A stretch of 62,177 bases of DNA from a virus (lineage: Duplodnaviria > Caudoviricetes): IMG/VR virus record IMGVR_UViG_3300022208_000003, positions 1-62,177 of that record; one strand, given 5' to 3'. Both the position numbers and the translations under genes were made by a program. Below, in pieces: positions 19,823 to 30,038 of this stretch (within the stretch, counting starts at the first letter, position 1; every line of letters starts with the position of its first letter). Under the pieces are notes generated by a model, which was given only the letters and a program-made list of their open reading frames with translations, ran no database searches and was not told the DNA's origin.

Positions 19823-20209
19823 CTAAGCTGAGGTACGTTGTATTCTAAAATTGGCCGAGAAATACGGCCTGTTACTCTCGTCTTTTCCGGTGTATATGAT
19901 ATCCCCCTCTTGATTTATAAGGGCATATCGTGCGCCGTTTATAGTTGTTTGCAATGTGTGCAAATGTTCACATATCGCGATAATGCTTGCATTTGCCGAT
20001 TGATACCCGCCGGCAGCTCCCCGAACCATTATTTGAATGCCAGGTTGTTGCCATTCCTGCCAGATACCAGGATTGCGCCCTGTGCCAAGGGCAACAACCG
20101 TGCATGCGCTTGGAGAGTCCGGAAAATCGCCGATAAATAGGTCAGTTTGAAACGATCCTAATCCTTGGGCTACAAGCAAATCTTTTATGTCTTCTGTCGC
20201 TGGATTCAT
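19823..20209 (-). CDS. Tail terminator / minor capsid family protein
   Basis: QIMVRG...GKDESNRPYFSANF; position. Confidence 0.75.
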   Translation of the reverse strand: MNPATEDIKDLLVAQGLGSFQTDLFIGDFPDSPSACTVVALGTGRNPGIWQEWQQPGIQIMVRGAAGGYQSANASIIAICEHLHTLQTTINGARYALINQEGDIIYTGKDESNRPYFSANFRIQRTSA

Positions 20210-20622
20210 TTGACAAAAACGTATCGTCTAATATCTTCTAAAATGTGCGGAATATTTTCAAATGCCGCCTTTTCTAAAAACTTAGGCTCAGCTTTACCTT
20301 GCGGGTCCCAAAATTTGCCTCGGTCTGCAGATGACCCTGGTTTTTTTGGCCGTGGTTTGCCCTTTAACGTGCCAGGCATCTCATGAACCCAAGGAGCATA
20401 AATGGCGGTATATCCGACTATTGCATATGGTCCTTTAGGTCCTCTAAATGGATCTGCAAAAGCGCTTGCCCTGAGAATTCCGTCATCTCTTGGTGTCTTC
20501 TCCTGTGATGCCCTCTTCACCCTCTGAGCCGCAACAGAAATACCTTTTGCAGAACGATTCTCAATCTTTTTTATTTCCCTGTTGAGATTGCGCACAACTT
20601 TATCGAGACCCTTTAAACTCAC
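20206..20622 (-). CDS. HK97 gp10-like tail completion protein
   Basis: TPRDDGILRAS...YAPWVHE...KFLEKA. Confidence 0.8.
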   Translation of the reverse strand: MSLKGLDKVVRNLNREIKKIENRSAKGISVAAQRVKRASQEKTPRDDGILRASAFADPFRGPKGPYAIVGYTAIYAPWVHEMPGTLKGKPRPKKPGSSADRGKFWDPQGKAEPKFLEKAAFENIPHILEDIRRYVFVK

Positions 20623-20972
20623 ACTAAAACCTCACGATATATCGTTCCGCCGCGTAAATCTTCGGTCTCTGCCTTGCCTTTTATCTCCCAAGCATCGTTT
20701 TCCCCTGGAAGCTCAGAGCTAGTCAGATCGTTTAATGTTGTTTTAGCGATCATTCCGCCAAGAGAGAGATCTTGTCCGACCATGATCACGGCACTACTTA
20801 TCATTTCGGTGAAGGTTCCTAGGCTTTTCGTTTTCCCGATATACTTCCTCTGCTCATCGTTCCACCTAACAGATATTTCTACCGGGTCATCATAAAGATA
20901 CCCTGCGTACCCATCAGGCTGAGGGTTGCCCCAATAAACGGCGGTGTGTATAAGCGCTTGTTCTAGGTTCAT
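20619..20972 (-). CDS. Head closure protein
   Basis: Size and position between adaptor and gp10-like gene. Confidence 0.65.
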   Translation of the reverse strand: MNLEQALIHTAVYWGNPQPDGYAGYLYDDPVEISVRWNDEQRKYIGKTKSLGTFTEMISSAVIMVGQDLSLGGMIAKTTLNDLTSSELPGENDAWEIKGKAETEDLRGGTIYREVLV

Positions 20973-21355
20973 TCTTCGTATGAAAAGTCTATGGTTCCAA
21001 GGGTTGCGCGTTTTCTTGTTGATGTCTCTGCAAGTTTTCCGGTAGGATCAAGTAACATAGCGTTTTGCCCATACGTTGTGGCATTTAATCCAAGCCCAAA
21101 CGCACCGGAATATTTTGACCTCGCTTTATCAACTGCTTTTTCAGATTCTCTTGGATCGATTGAGTGAAGAAAATGGGCGGTGATATTACGCTCAATTTCC
21201 TTGAGGATGTCATCCGAAACCGTGGTATCTCCAGAAAAAACATTGGTAACATAAAGATTTGCCATATTGATGAAAATATCAATTTGGGTATCTGTTATGC
21301 TGCTACCAAGAATTATTATGCTTCTTACTTCAGTTGCAGTTACCCGTCCCATCAT
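20969..21355 (-). CDS. Head-tail adaptor
   Basis: TAHF...GLNATTYGQ...LDPTG pattern; start uncertain (ORF track gives 21376). Confidence 0.7.
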   Translation of the reverse strand: MMGRVTATEVRSIIILGSSITDTQIDIFINMANLYVTNVFSGDTTVSDDILKEIERNITAHFLHSIDPRESEKAVDKARSKYSGAFGLGLNATTYGQNAMLLDPTGKLAETSTRKRATLGTIDFSYEE

Positions 21356-21606
21356 TCCACCGTTATTGTCTGGCAATCAATATCAGCTTGTTCGTTAAGT
21401 GTTTGCCTTTGTGTTTCCAAAACACTAACTCTGTATTGCTTAACAAGATTTACCGTGTATTCACGGTCAATTCTCTTGGCAAACTGAACCTTAGTTTCAG
21501 GATTCGGTAATCCGTCAATTTCTGTTTGGTAGTTATAAGCGAAACAGTACGCCTCAACTACCTCGTTAACCAAATCGGTCGGTATCGTTTTAGTAAAAGT
21601 TGCCAT
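21352..21606 (-). CDS. Hypothetical protein (possible fibre-associated)
   Basis: 84 aa coupled to the fibre gene. Confidence 0.6.
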   Translation of the reverse strand: MATFTKTIPTDLVNEVVEAYCFAYNYQTEIDGLPNPETKVQFAKRIDREYTVNLVKQYRVSVLETQRQTLNEQADIDCQTITVE

Positions 21607-23522
21607 TATTTTATATTTACCTGCCTACTTCCAATTGTATCTATTTGGTAATGGACACCAACAGATGATAATACGGCATCATATGCGTATGTATCTGCTG
21701 AATCTGTAGGGTCCCTGAATACTCTTATGAGAAGATGAGATCCAATTAATTTTCCTGTTCCTGATATTGTGTATTCATCTGTTTTTAAATGCTGCCATGC
21801 TACTCCACCAGCAGCATCAACAAGACTTACCGTGTAATTACTTCCTGGTGTTGAGTCTATATTGTCCCAGTAGTATTCGACTTGCCACTTAACGTTCCCA
21901 GTATCTGAAGTTGTTGGCCTCCAATGGATATGTAGATATATATCAGTGCCTTCCTTGTAGCCATGAAGTATCTCTTGTTCACCAAATTGTAGCTCTTCTG
22001 TGAGGTTTACCCCGTTAAAGGCATACCCTTTAAAACCGGTACTATTTAAGGTAATTAGATCTGGCGCGGTTGCTCCTGGGAGAGCATATAATGCATTGAA
22101 ATTTATATCATTATATACAACAGTTTGTAGCTCTATTGTTTTTTGTGATCCTGTATGGATCAACAAGTCGCTTGCCGTAACCTCATCAGTCTTTATATTG
22201 GCGTCCGCTCCGTCGTAATAAAGAGAAAAATCATATCCTGCGCCAAAATAAAGCTTTTTGCTATCTTGTATTAATGCAACCTCTCCATCCGCTTGAACCT
22301 CAAAAATAGTTGTCCCTGGGTTATCAGTGGCTTGTAAAAGATTTGCAGATTGAGACGCTGCAGCCCTAATAGAAAATCCTATATTAGTTGAATTTCTATT
22401 TTCTATACTAAGATTCGCATTAGGAGATGTTGTTCCAAGCCCAACTCTAAAAGTTGAAAAATCACCATAAATTAATGGGTTGTTTGTATCTGTATTTGAT
22501 ATATAAAGCTTATTGTTTCCAGACTCAGATCTGCCGGCATTATATCCAAGGAAAACGCACCCCGAAACGTTGTAGGTGAAACCAGTACCGTTACCGACAA
22601 ACGTATTGGTAATTCCGCTTGTTATCCCATATCCGGCGTAAGCTCCGATAAGAACGTTATGATTGCCGGTAGCAAAGTACCCAGCAACCGCCCCAATAAA
22701 CGTACAACTTCCTCCTGTTGTTAGTGTTCTTCCGGCCGTTATGCCAACGAGAGTGTTTGCGTTACCTGTTGTTAGGTTTTTCCCTGCCTCAAACCCCAAA
22801 ACAGAATTCCCGTATGACGGAACAGTTACAGACTCAAGAGCTGAAATACCAAGGGAGGTGTTCATCGTGTTGGCAAGCAGGGCCCGCTCTCCATCTACGA
22901 AAATTATATCGTTCGTCGTATTTGGTAGGTAATAATACCCAGGGTAAACAGTTCCCCCAGTCAAGCTCCCATCTGCAACGTTATCGAGATAATCGGTAGT
23001 TACGTTGTCGTTTAACGTGGCAAGTAGTTTAAAGTGAAATACGGCACTTGTGGCTATTGTGCGGTAAATTCTTCTTGCCGTTACTCGATAATCAGAGCTT
23101 GTGGGGATATTGCTTATTTGCACCTGACCATGCGTTGCGTCGGCCACGATATAATCAGTAAATGCCGTTGCTTGGGTCTCCCCTATAGCTGTAACAAACG
23201 ATACAAAATATCTATGTGATCCAGGCGTGATATTCCCAACAACCTCAAGAAGCGTTACTGTCGCAGGGGTCGATGGAGGAATAACCGTGTCAAAGAGTAG
23301 CCCTGTGTCTGTCTGGATATAATGATCTGACGTTGTGCCGGCTACATGTAGCGCCTTGTTAGGGGTATTTGTACCTATGCCTACCCTTACGTTTACCGGG
23401 TCGTAATACAGCCCGTCGTTATCCTCGGCGAGTTTTTTATTCGCATCGATATAAAGGATGCTTCCATAAGTTCCATTATGGATAAGCGTTCCTATTCTTG
23501 TTCGATACTTAATTTCAAGCAT
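21606..23522 (-). CDS. Fibre-like virion protein (YadA-like N-x-x-(I/V)-G repeats)
   Basis: VGIGTNTP, VGLGTTSP, and repeats NTLVGITAG / NVLIGAYAG / NTFVGNGTG. Confidence 0.7.
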   Translation of the reverse strand: MLEIKYRTRIGTLIHNGTYGSILYIDANKKLAEDNDGLYYDPVNVRVGIGTNTPNKALHVAGTTSDHYIQTDTGLLFDTVIPPSTPATVTLLEVVGNITPGSHRYFVSFVTAIGETQATAFTDYIVADATHGQVQISNIPTSSDYRVTARRIYRTIATSAVFHFKLLATLNDNVTTDYLDNVADGSLTGGTVYPGYYYLPNTTNDIIFVDGERALLANTMNTSLGISALESVTVPSYGNSVLGFEAGKNLTTGNANTLVGITAGRTLTTGGSCTFIGAVAGYFATGNHNVLIGAYAGYGITSGITNTFVGNGTGFTYNVSGCVFLGYNAGRSESGNNKLYISNTDTNNPLIYGDFSTFRVGLGTTSPNANLSIENRNSTNIGFSIRAAASQSANLLQATDNPGTTIFEVQADGEVALIQDSKKLYFGAGYDFSLYYDGADANIKTDEVTASDLLIHTGSQKTIELQTVVYNDINFNALYALPGATAPDLITLNSTGFKGYAFNGVNLTEELQFGEQEILHGYKEGTDIYLHIHWRPTTSDTGNVKWQVEYYWDNIDSTPGSNYTVSLVDAAGGVAWQHLKTDEYTISGTGKLIGSHLLIRVFRDPTDSADTYAYDAVLSSVGVHYQIDTIGSRQVNIK

Positions 23523-24865
23523 TAAATAACCAACTTAGTTGTAAAAGTTATTGCTTTCCCGGAAGATGCGCAATACGCATAAAGTTGCTGTCCGTTCCCT
23601 AATCTATCAGATGCGGTGTCTCCTGGTGGTAATTCAATTCCGTTTGCGTTTGTATTTTGATATCCTAAAAATATCGAAGTATCGCTTCCGTTATAAAGAG
23701 TTATATCGTAACTTGATGCCGGAGCTGCCGACGGAACCGCGTAGGCTGTGTTCGCATTTGTCAAAGTAACACTCGAATTTGTCCCAGCTCCTAATGGTCG
23801 CAATGATAGCGATTGTTCAACAGCGGTTTCAAGCTCCTCCATAGAAATCTTAAGATTACCACCTGCTGTTGCCTGGATATTAGTATAGTCACCATTAGGC
23901 TTTTTAGCGGTGAGAACAGATCTTATAATTGGTGCAGGATGATCATCTTTAAGCGCATAGTTAATGCTATGCGAATGACCCTCTTCAACCATTACCGTGA
24001 ATAATGTTGAATGTAGGCTGAATGATCCCTGCGGAGTTGCTCCATTCGTGTATTTAGGTCGATAATACGCAAGCTCAAGCTCAGATGGGTAATGATGCCC
24101 ATTTGGGGTATTACTTAAAATACTAAAAGAGTGCGAATGATCAACAGTGCTTCCATCGCTTGAAAGCTCTATCGTCAACGTCCCTGACTGGTCTGTTGTT
24201 ATGTCAATGATAGCTTGAACAAAATCATTTGTTCCAACCCATTCTCCTGTCCATGTTTGACCTGCTCCTAGTGGCGTTGATGTCTGGTTAGCCCTATCAA
24301 CATATTTCGAATGCACATGAACTGATAAAGACTTCTCTACAAACATCCAATTTATTTTTATTGGGTCTGCTGTATGGAATTCAACTCTAGCAGTACACCA
24401 GGTAAGAAGCGGCCAGTCGTACTCGGCTGATTCAAGATCAGTATTATCAGCTGAATTATCGCAAGTAAAAAGAGTTACTCCACTCCTATCCTTGAGAATT
24501 ATTTTTACATTTGAAAAAGTTCCACCAACAGGAGCACAGAATTTTATTCCGGCGTTTTCGATTGGCCTAAGAAGTTTTACCTCAAAATATTTTGGATTTG
24601 TCGAGCTTGTATCTTGGAATGTTGTGTCAAGACTGTCAACAAGGTCGGTTATTTCTCCTAAGAATGTCCCAATAGACGACCCGCTTGTGTCTAAGTCAGA
24701 TGCGTATACAGACCCTAAATTTAAAGATAACGGCTCGTTTGGAGATCCAAATAGAACATCGTAGAGATTTACACGATCAGCCTCTTCGTTGCCGGAAGCC
24801 TTGTAAAACCATCCGGTAAAAGGCGGGACGTAATGCTTGAATGTTCTGATGAGTCCTGTGCTCAT
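23522..24865 (-). CDS. Putative virion structural protein (Ser/Thr-rich, beta-rich)
   Basis: 447 aa; composition and position. Confidence 0.6.
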   Translation of the reverse strand: MSTGLIRTFKHYVPPFTGWFYKASGNEEADRVNLYDVLFGSPNEPLSLNLGSVYASDLDTSGSSIGTFLGEITDLVDSLDTTFQDTSSTNPKYFEVKLLRPIENAGIKFCAPVGGTFSNVKIILKDRSGVTLFTCDNSADNTDLESAEYDWPLLTWCTARVEFHTADPIKINWMFVEKSLSVHVHSKYVDRANQTSTPLGAGQTWTGEWVGTNDFVQAIIDITTDQSGTLTIELSSDGSTVDHSHSFSILSNTPNGHHYPSELELAYYRPKYTNGATPQGSFSLHSTLFTVMVEEGHSHSINYALKDDHPAPIIRSVLTAKKPNGDYTNIQATAGGNLKISMEELETAVEQSLSLRPLGAGTNSSVTLTNANTAYAVPSAAPASSYDITLYNGSDTSIFLGYQNTNANGIELPPGDTASDRLGNGQQLYAYCASSGKAITFTTKLVI

Positions 24866-25533
24866 TTTTTACCCCATAGAGCAGGTTCAACAAACGCTTT
24901 GACCATTTCTTCTCGATACTCAAGGCCTAACCATTTAATAACTTCTTCGATCTCACTGAAATCTCCACCTATCATCTTTGACGGCCAAACCTCACGAAGA
25001 TTCAGCCCGGCAATTTTCATTTGAGAGAAACGTTTTTCATGCTCTTCCACCCATCGCAACCAGCCAACAACATCACGGTAAGCCCGCATGAAGCTGGTCT
25101 GCATGCATGACCTTGCAATATCGTTTTTATCGCGGCGAACGATTATCCATTTAGCATCAGGAAAAGCCATATGCCAGAGCAGCCAGATAAGGCACATCTT
25201 CGCGCCTTTGTAGAAATACGGCCCACCCTTGTAACCTTCCTCGGAGAACACGGTCATCACCTTAGCTCGCCATCTATCAGCCTGTTCTTGGTTGACGTTG
25301 AATATCTGCTGTGTAGACGGTAGGGGTTTTTGCCCAAGCTGATCGCATTCTATTCCTTTTAGATAAGGCTTAACGATTGTCTGGCGGATGCGGTCATTTT
25401 CAAACATGCCCTTTTTGTTGTACTTGTTTGGCCCGTTCATCCTGCCGCCAAACGCACCACATACGTTTATTACTCCGGCGGTCATAGAGGTTCCGGACCG
25501 AGCAGCACCGGTTATAAGGATAGGGCTGTTCAT
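24862..25533 (-). CDS. Sulfotransferase-family (P-loop) protein
   Basis: ILITGAARSGTS 5'-PSB motif; IIVRR...IARS 3'-PB-like motif. Confidence 0.8.
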   Translation of the reverse strand: MNSPILITGAARSGTSMTAGVINVCGAFGGRMNGPNKYNKKGMFENDRIRQTIVKPYLKGIECDQLGQKPLPSTQQIFNVNQEQADRWRAKVMTVFSEEGYKGGPYFYKGAKMCLIWLLWHMAFPDAKWIIVRRDKNDIARSCMQTSFMRAYRDVVGWLRWVEEHEKRFSQMKIAGLNLREVWPSKMIGGDFSEIEEVIKWLGLEYREEMVKAFVEPALWGKK

Positions 25534-27947
25534 TTCCAGTACCTCTTTACGATATCAAGATGCTGCATGTTGTGGGGCTTTTGGTTGCCGTGGAAGCAGA
25601 TAATCTTTGCGTCCGGCGGCACACCTGTTGAGCAGTGTCTTTTATAGCTATGGATAGGCATAAAATCGTTGATTGGTTTTATATCGACTCCTGCTCCCTG
25701 TAAGGTGCGGAATATATAAACCTGGTCCCATCCTTTACCTTGCCGATGGTCCTTAAATTTATCGATTATATACCTGAAATCACCATGCCAAGCCATAACC
25801 CCTGAAGCCCAGTTACCAGCCCTTTTCCTTGCAGGGTTAAAAGGAACCAGCATTCTGAATTCGCCTTCAGGCATTTTCTTAACCGAGTCAACAAGCTCGG
25901 TGATATCGTCAATTATTACCGTATCAAGATCTATATAAAGGACCGGTCCTTTAAGCCTAAACAGCTCGAGCTTTGACCACCAGCCCTCAAGCTCGTTGAT
26001 AAGCTTTATACTATCTGTAAGGACATCTTCAGAGTCAGTAAAAGTCACAAAGTCGTATTTTGTTTTAACGAATCTATTTGCCATACTTTCAAGCTTTTCG
26101 GCATATAGATTATCAAATACTCCTCCGGTTTTAAGCACGCACGCGATAGTTACAGGAGAATTTCTCTTTATCAATTCTCCTGATTCGCATTTTCCAGTGA
26201 ATCTATTTACAGCCTGATTTATATCTACAACCGGTTTAACCTGTGGCGGCAACCTATCTGGCGGGTTAAGTTCTTTATTGTCATGATTGATCACGATTTG
26301 CCTTCTTTCGTAATCTTTCCCTTCAAGGATAGAGGTTGTAGTGTAAAGTAAGCTTTCAACTTCCAATCCTCTAGTATTTTCAATAAAATAAGTTTTGTTC
26401 TTTACATCGTCAGGTGCGCAATGCCAGGCGAATTGCCGATTATAGTAATCATTCCAGATTATCAATGTTTTCAAATTGAAACATGCAGCCGATATCGTAA
26501 GGCCTGACGGGTAACCGATAACCATTTCAGCACCACGCATGAGGCCGAAAAGCTTTTGAATCGTGGTCTTTCCTGTCAGATCAACGTATTCGGTTGTTTG
26601 CCTCATGACCTTTTGCAACCCAATGTCTTCTGAATCCCACTTCGCCCCTGTAAAAACTATGGTACAGCCTGTTTTTTGATGCAGTAAGTTTAAATATTCA
26701 GCTATTCGTGGGATTTCGAATTGTCTTGACCAGTAAGAATAAGTACCAAAAAGAGGCCAATAAACAACAATATACTTTCCATATATTTCTTGGCATTCTC
26801 GCTTGAAATTTTCTTGCTCAAGAGAAATGAACATTGGAGGGCGCCAGTTTGTTGCAAGGTCTTGGTCTATATCCTCCATCCTTTTGCCGATTCTAAGATG
26901 ACCGTTATATGAGATAAAAAAATCACATCCAAGTATATCCTTAAAGATCGTCCTGCCTTCCCTTGCGTATGCCTCGCGCCATATTTCTTTATGTGGTCCG
27001 TTTGCGTGTTTAACCTCTCCAGTTACGTTAAGGAAAGGGAACATCTCAAGGAACGGAAACGACCTCTTGTGTCCGTTATGAGCCTTATCTCTTGGTGAAG
27101 CGATAAAGACGTCAGGAAGCCCTAACTTTTCCCTCTCAAGAAAAGCCTGAAGCTTTGTTACCGACCAAAAAGAATCACCTAGTCCTGGAGGAAGTAGTAT
27201 TGTAGGCCTATCCTGGGAAGGTTTAGAGCAAAAGAAAACCACCTTTGACGATATAGGTTTCTTTATATTTTCTACCTTAAACCCCGCATCTTTCAGCAAT
27301 AGCTCGAGCTGTCCTGCGGTAAAATACCAAAGATGCTCCTTTTTCCAATGGTGCGCCCCGTCTTCCGCGTAAAAGTCCGGAATATCGATTATGCATGTAC
27401 CGCCTTGGTCGGTAACCCTGAACAGCTCGGCAATGAATGATTTGGGATCAAGCGTATGCTCAAGGACGTCATGGCAAGTTACGATTTTGAAGTGGTCTGT
27501 CGGGAAATGTATTTCCTCAAATTCTTTGCGATAAATGAATGAATTGTCTTTCAGGGAAGCGTAATCAGCTATCTCACAACCAAAAGCGGATGCACCTCTT
27601 GCCCGGCACTCATCAACAAAAGCCCCAGAGCCTGCCCCAACGTCAAGAATCCTCTCTTCAGCTCCGGAAATTATTCCGTATAGATTGCACCTTTTGCGTG
27701 CAAGTTTACGGTCATGCCCATAGCTCTTAGCCTGGTACTTTTTAGAAACAGGTTGATATTTTGAGTAAAACTTTATGGATTCACTTTTCGTGCAATAAGG
27801 AGGTGCTGTCTGGTGGATTACTCCACATTTTGAGCAGATCTCTACCGACATGTTATCTTTAGCCGGCACCGTCTCGCCTAACTCTGTAACCTCGTAATAT
27901 GGCCTTGTAGATCGCTCGGCCTTATCGTTTCCGCAAAAGCAATTCAT
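25530..27947 (-). CDS. Fusion of class I SAM methyltransferase, GT9-like (GT-B) and GT-A glycosyltransferase domains
   Basis: ILDVGAGSG and HDVLEH; GLGDS and DLTGKTT; WWSKLELF, YIDLD, DQ and CFHGNQKPH. Confidence 0.85.
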   Translation of the reverse strand: MNCFCGNDKAERSTRPYYEVTELGETVPAKDNMSVEICSKCGVIHQTAPPYCTKSESIKFYSKYQPVSKKYQAKSYGHDRKLARKRCNLYGIISGAEERILDVGAGSGAFVDECRARGASAFGCEIADYASLKDNSFIYRKEFEEIHFPTDHFKIVTCHDVLEHTLDPKSFIAELFRVTDQGGTCIIDIPDFYAEDGAHHWKKEHLWYFTAGQLELLLKDAGFKVENIKKPISSKVVFFCSKPSQDRPTILLPPGLGDSFWSVTKLQAFLEREKLGLPDVFIASPRDKAHNGHKRSFPFLEMFPFLNVTGEVKHANGPHKEIWREAYAREGRTIFKDILGCDFFISYNGHLRIGKRMEDIDQDLATNWRPPMFISLEQENFKRECQEIYGKYIVVYWPLFGTYSYWSRQFEIPRIAEYLNLLHQKTGCTIVFTGAKWDSEDIGLQKVMRQTTEYVDLTGKTTIQKLFGLMRGAEMVIGYPSGLTISAACFNLKTLIIWNDYYNRQFAWHCAPDDVKNKTYFIENTRGLEVESLLYTTTSILEGKDYERRQIVINHDNKELNPPDRLPPQVKPVVDINQAVNRFTGKCESGELIKRNSPVTIACVLKTGGVFDNLYAEKLESMANRFVKTKYDFVTFTDSEDVLTDSIKLINELEGWWSKLELFRLKGPVLYIDLDTVIIDDITELVDSVKKMPEGEFRMLVPFNPARKRAGNWASGVMAWHGDFRYIIDKFKDHRQGKGWDQVYIFRTLQGAGVDIKPINDFMPIHSYKRHCSTGVPPDAKIICFHGNQKPHNMQHLDIVKRYWK

Positions 27948-28585
27948 TAATATCTCGTTCTGGTTATGGTAAATTCTCTTATCTGCAAGGTTTCTCTTGC
28001 TTTACAGAGTTCAAATATCGTTTTCGCCGCTTCGGCAGGGTCTATCAGCTTGTCGTGATCTTCTCTGTTTTTTGTCATGTCTGTTGCCATAGCCCCGAGG
28101 TAGACATCAACTATCCTCCCCCCGGCTTCAGAAACGTCAATATTCAATGACTCTGACAACCCGCGTATTCCAAACTTGCTAGCGCAATACCCTGATTCAC
28201 CGTTACTTGCTGTCTTGCCGGCAAGGCTATTGATATTCACAAGCAGGCTGAGCGGCCAGAGCTTCTTAATAAGCAAAGACGGAATAACAAGGTTTGTTGC
28301 GAGGATGTAATCAAGCTCTGCTTCGCTTAGATTTTTAAACTTTTTATTCTCGTAAGCAGCTGCATTATTTATAAATATATCAATGTTCTGGTCATATATT
28401 TTTTTGAATAGGTCCTTTACGTTATCCCTGTTCCCAAAATCACCATAGACGTATTCTGCGCCATCTATCCTTGGTATTTCGTTTTTCCTAGCATGAAGCA
28501 CGAGCTCATATCTATTATCGTGGAATACTTTTGCCAATTCATGGCCGAGCCCACGTGATGCTCCTGTGATGAGAACCTTTTTCAT
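27947..28585 (-). CDS. SDR-family oxidoreductase
   Basis: TGASRGLG, NNAA and YCASK motifs. Confidence 0.92.
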   Translation of the reverse strand: MKKVLITGASRGLGHELAKVFHDNRYELVLHARKNEIPRIDGAEYVYGDFGNRDNVKDLFKKIYDQNIDIFINNAAAYENKKFKNLSEAELDYILATNLVIPSLLIKKLWPLSLLVNINSLAGKTASNGESGYCASKFGIRGLSESLNIDVSEAGGRIVDVYLGAMATDMTKNREDHDKLIDPAEAAKTIFELCKARETLQIREFTITRTRY

Positions 28586-28791
28586 TCGATAGCGCCTTTT
28601 GAATTTCCTATCGTTTTTACTATCTCATCACCCTGACCTTCAGTTATATAAATATCAACTTTAGCCATGAGAACATCTTCAGAATTGGCATCAATTACCA
28701 CTCTTCTGACCATTTCAGAATCTAAATTTAATATTTTGCATATTGATATCGCTGTTTTTTTGCCAATACATGGTAATTTTTTATCGTCCAT
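28582..28791 (-). CDS. Hypothetical protein
   Basis: 69 aa with RBS, coupled to the SDR gene. Confidence 0.6.
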   Translation of the reverse strand: MDDKKLPCIGKKTAISICKILNLDSEMVRRVVIDANSEDVLMAKVDIYITEGQGDEIVKTIGNSKGAIE

Positions 28792-28811
28792 TATTAATCC
28801 TTTTGGTTATT

Positions 28812-29294
28812 TCATATAAACGGGAGCCTATCGTTTTTGAGGCATATTACCGACGGGCCGCCATCGATGTAAGCATCAAGCATAGCCTTTTCTGTTTCGA
28901 AAGAATTGCGAGGGAAATAGCCTTTCGTGTTCTTCAACAAGGCAACCAATCCTTTTGCGTTAAGCGCTCTGTGTGATGCCCCTTGAGACGGATAATCATC
29001 GTTACCTATCAGCATGACCGGTAAATTTTGCTCGTCAACATCGAGTTTTATTTGTTCAAATGGTCTTTCAAGGAGAAACGGAGTAAGCGTATAAAATACC
29101 GGCCTCAATCCTTCCGATGCCATGCCGGCGGCAATGCTCATCGTTGATTGTTCGGTGAGTCCAAAATTATAAAAACGATCAGGAAACCTCGTTTTAAACT
29201 CATCCATTTCCTGATGGACGTCACATGTCAGAAGTACAATTCTTTCATTCTTCTCGGCAAGGTGAACTATGGTTTTCCCGAACTGTCGCCTCAT
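28812..29294 (-). CDS. Split transketolase-like enzyme, pyrimidine-binding subunit (short)
   Basis: FPDRFYNFGLTEQ...AAGMA..GLRP...RPFEQIKLD...GASH. Confidence 0.9.
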   Translation of the reverse strand: MRRQFGKTIVHLAEKNERIVLLTCDVHQEMDEFKTRFPDRFYNFGLTEQSTMSIAAGMASEGLRPVFYTLTPFLLERPFEQIKLDVDEQNLPVMLIGNDDYPSQGASHRALNAKGLVALLKNTKGYFPRNSFETEKAMLDAYIDGGPSVICLKNDRLPFI

Positions 29295-30038
29295 GACAAT
29301 TCCTCCATAGCCTTATTCTTTTGCCATCCACTCGGCCAGCATGCATGCCACGCCGGATTATTTTCCATGAACGATACCCCTGCACCCTTTACGGTCCTGG
29401 CGGCTATTATGTTTGGGCTATCATACGTCTTGCTTAACTCCTCTCTGAGCTGCTCGATATCATGTCCGTCAACGATTGAGTAATTCCACCCGGCAGACTC
29501 AAAAACACTCCACACAGACCTTAACGGGAGAACGTTGTTTATCTCGCCAGATCCCTGTATATTGTTCCAGTCAACTATCACGCAAAGATTATCAAGGTTG
29601 TATTTTGCCGCGATCAGCATTGATTCCCAGGTTGTCCCCTCCTGGAGCTCTCCGTCTCCCATGAGCACGTAAACAATGCCTTCCTCGCCTTTTTGCTTCT
29701 TGGCCATTGCAACACCTATTCCGAGCGGCAAGCCATGGCCTAGGCTTCCAGTGGTAAACAGTACGCCGTTATGCGGGTCTCTTGACGGGTGTCCGGTAAG
29801 GCGTGGGTTAAATCCTTTCTCCCGGAGAATTACGTACCATGGCCAGCATGAATGGCCTTTTGAGAGGATAAACCTATCTTCAGCAGAAAGAGCCCCTTCG
29901 TAAAGAGCCCTAAGGATCTCAACGCAAGAGAATGAACCGCCGAAGTGATATCCACCGTTTGCAAGGGCAAGCTCAATTGTCTCTCGTCGCAATCTCTTTG
30001 AACGGTCGTCTAATTTAACAGTCCCTGAATAATTCACT
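29291..30038 (-). CDS. Split transketolase-like enzyme, ThDP-binding subunit
   Basis: DRFILSKGH, TGSLGHG and GDGELQEG...NN ThDP motif; start uncertain (ORF track gives 30103). Confidence 0.9.
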
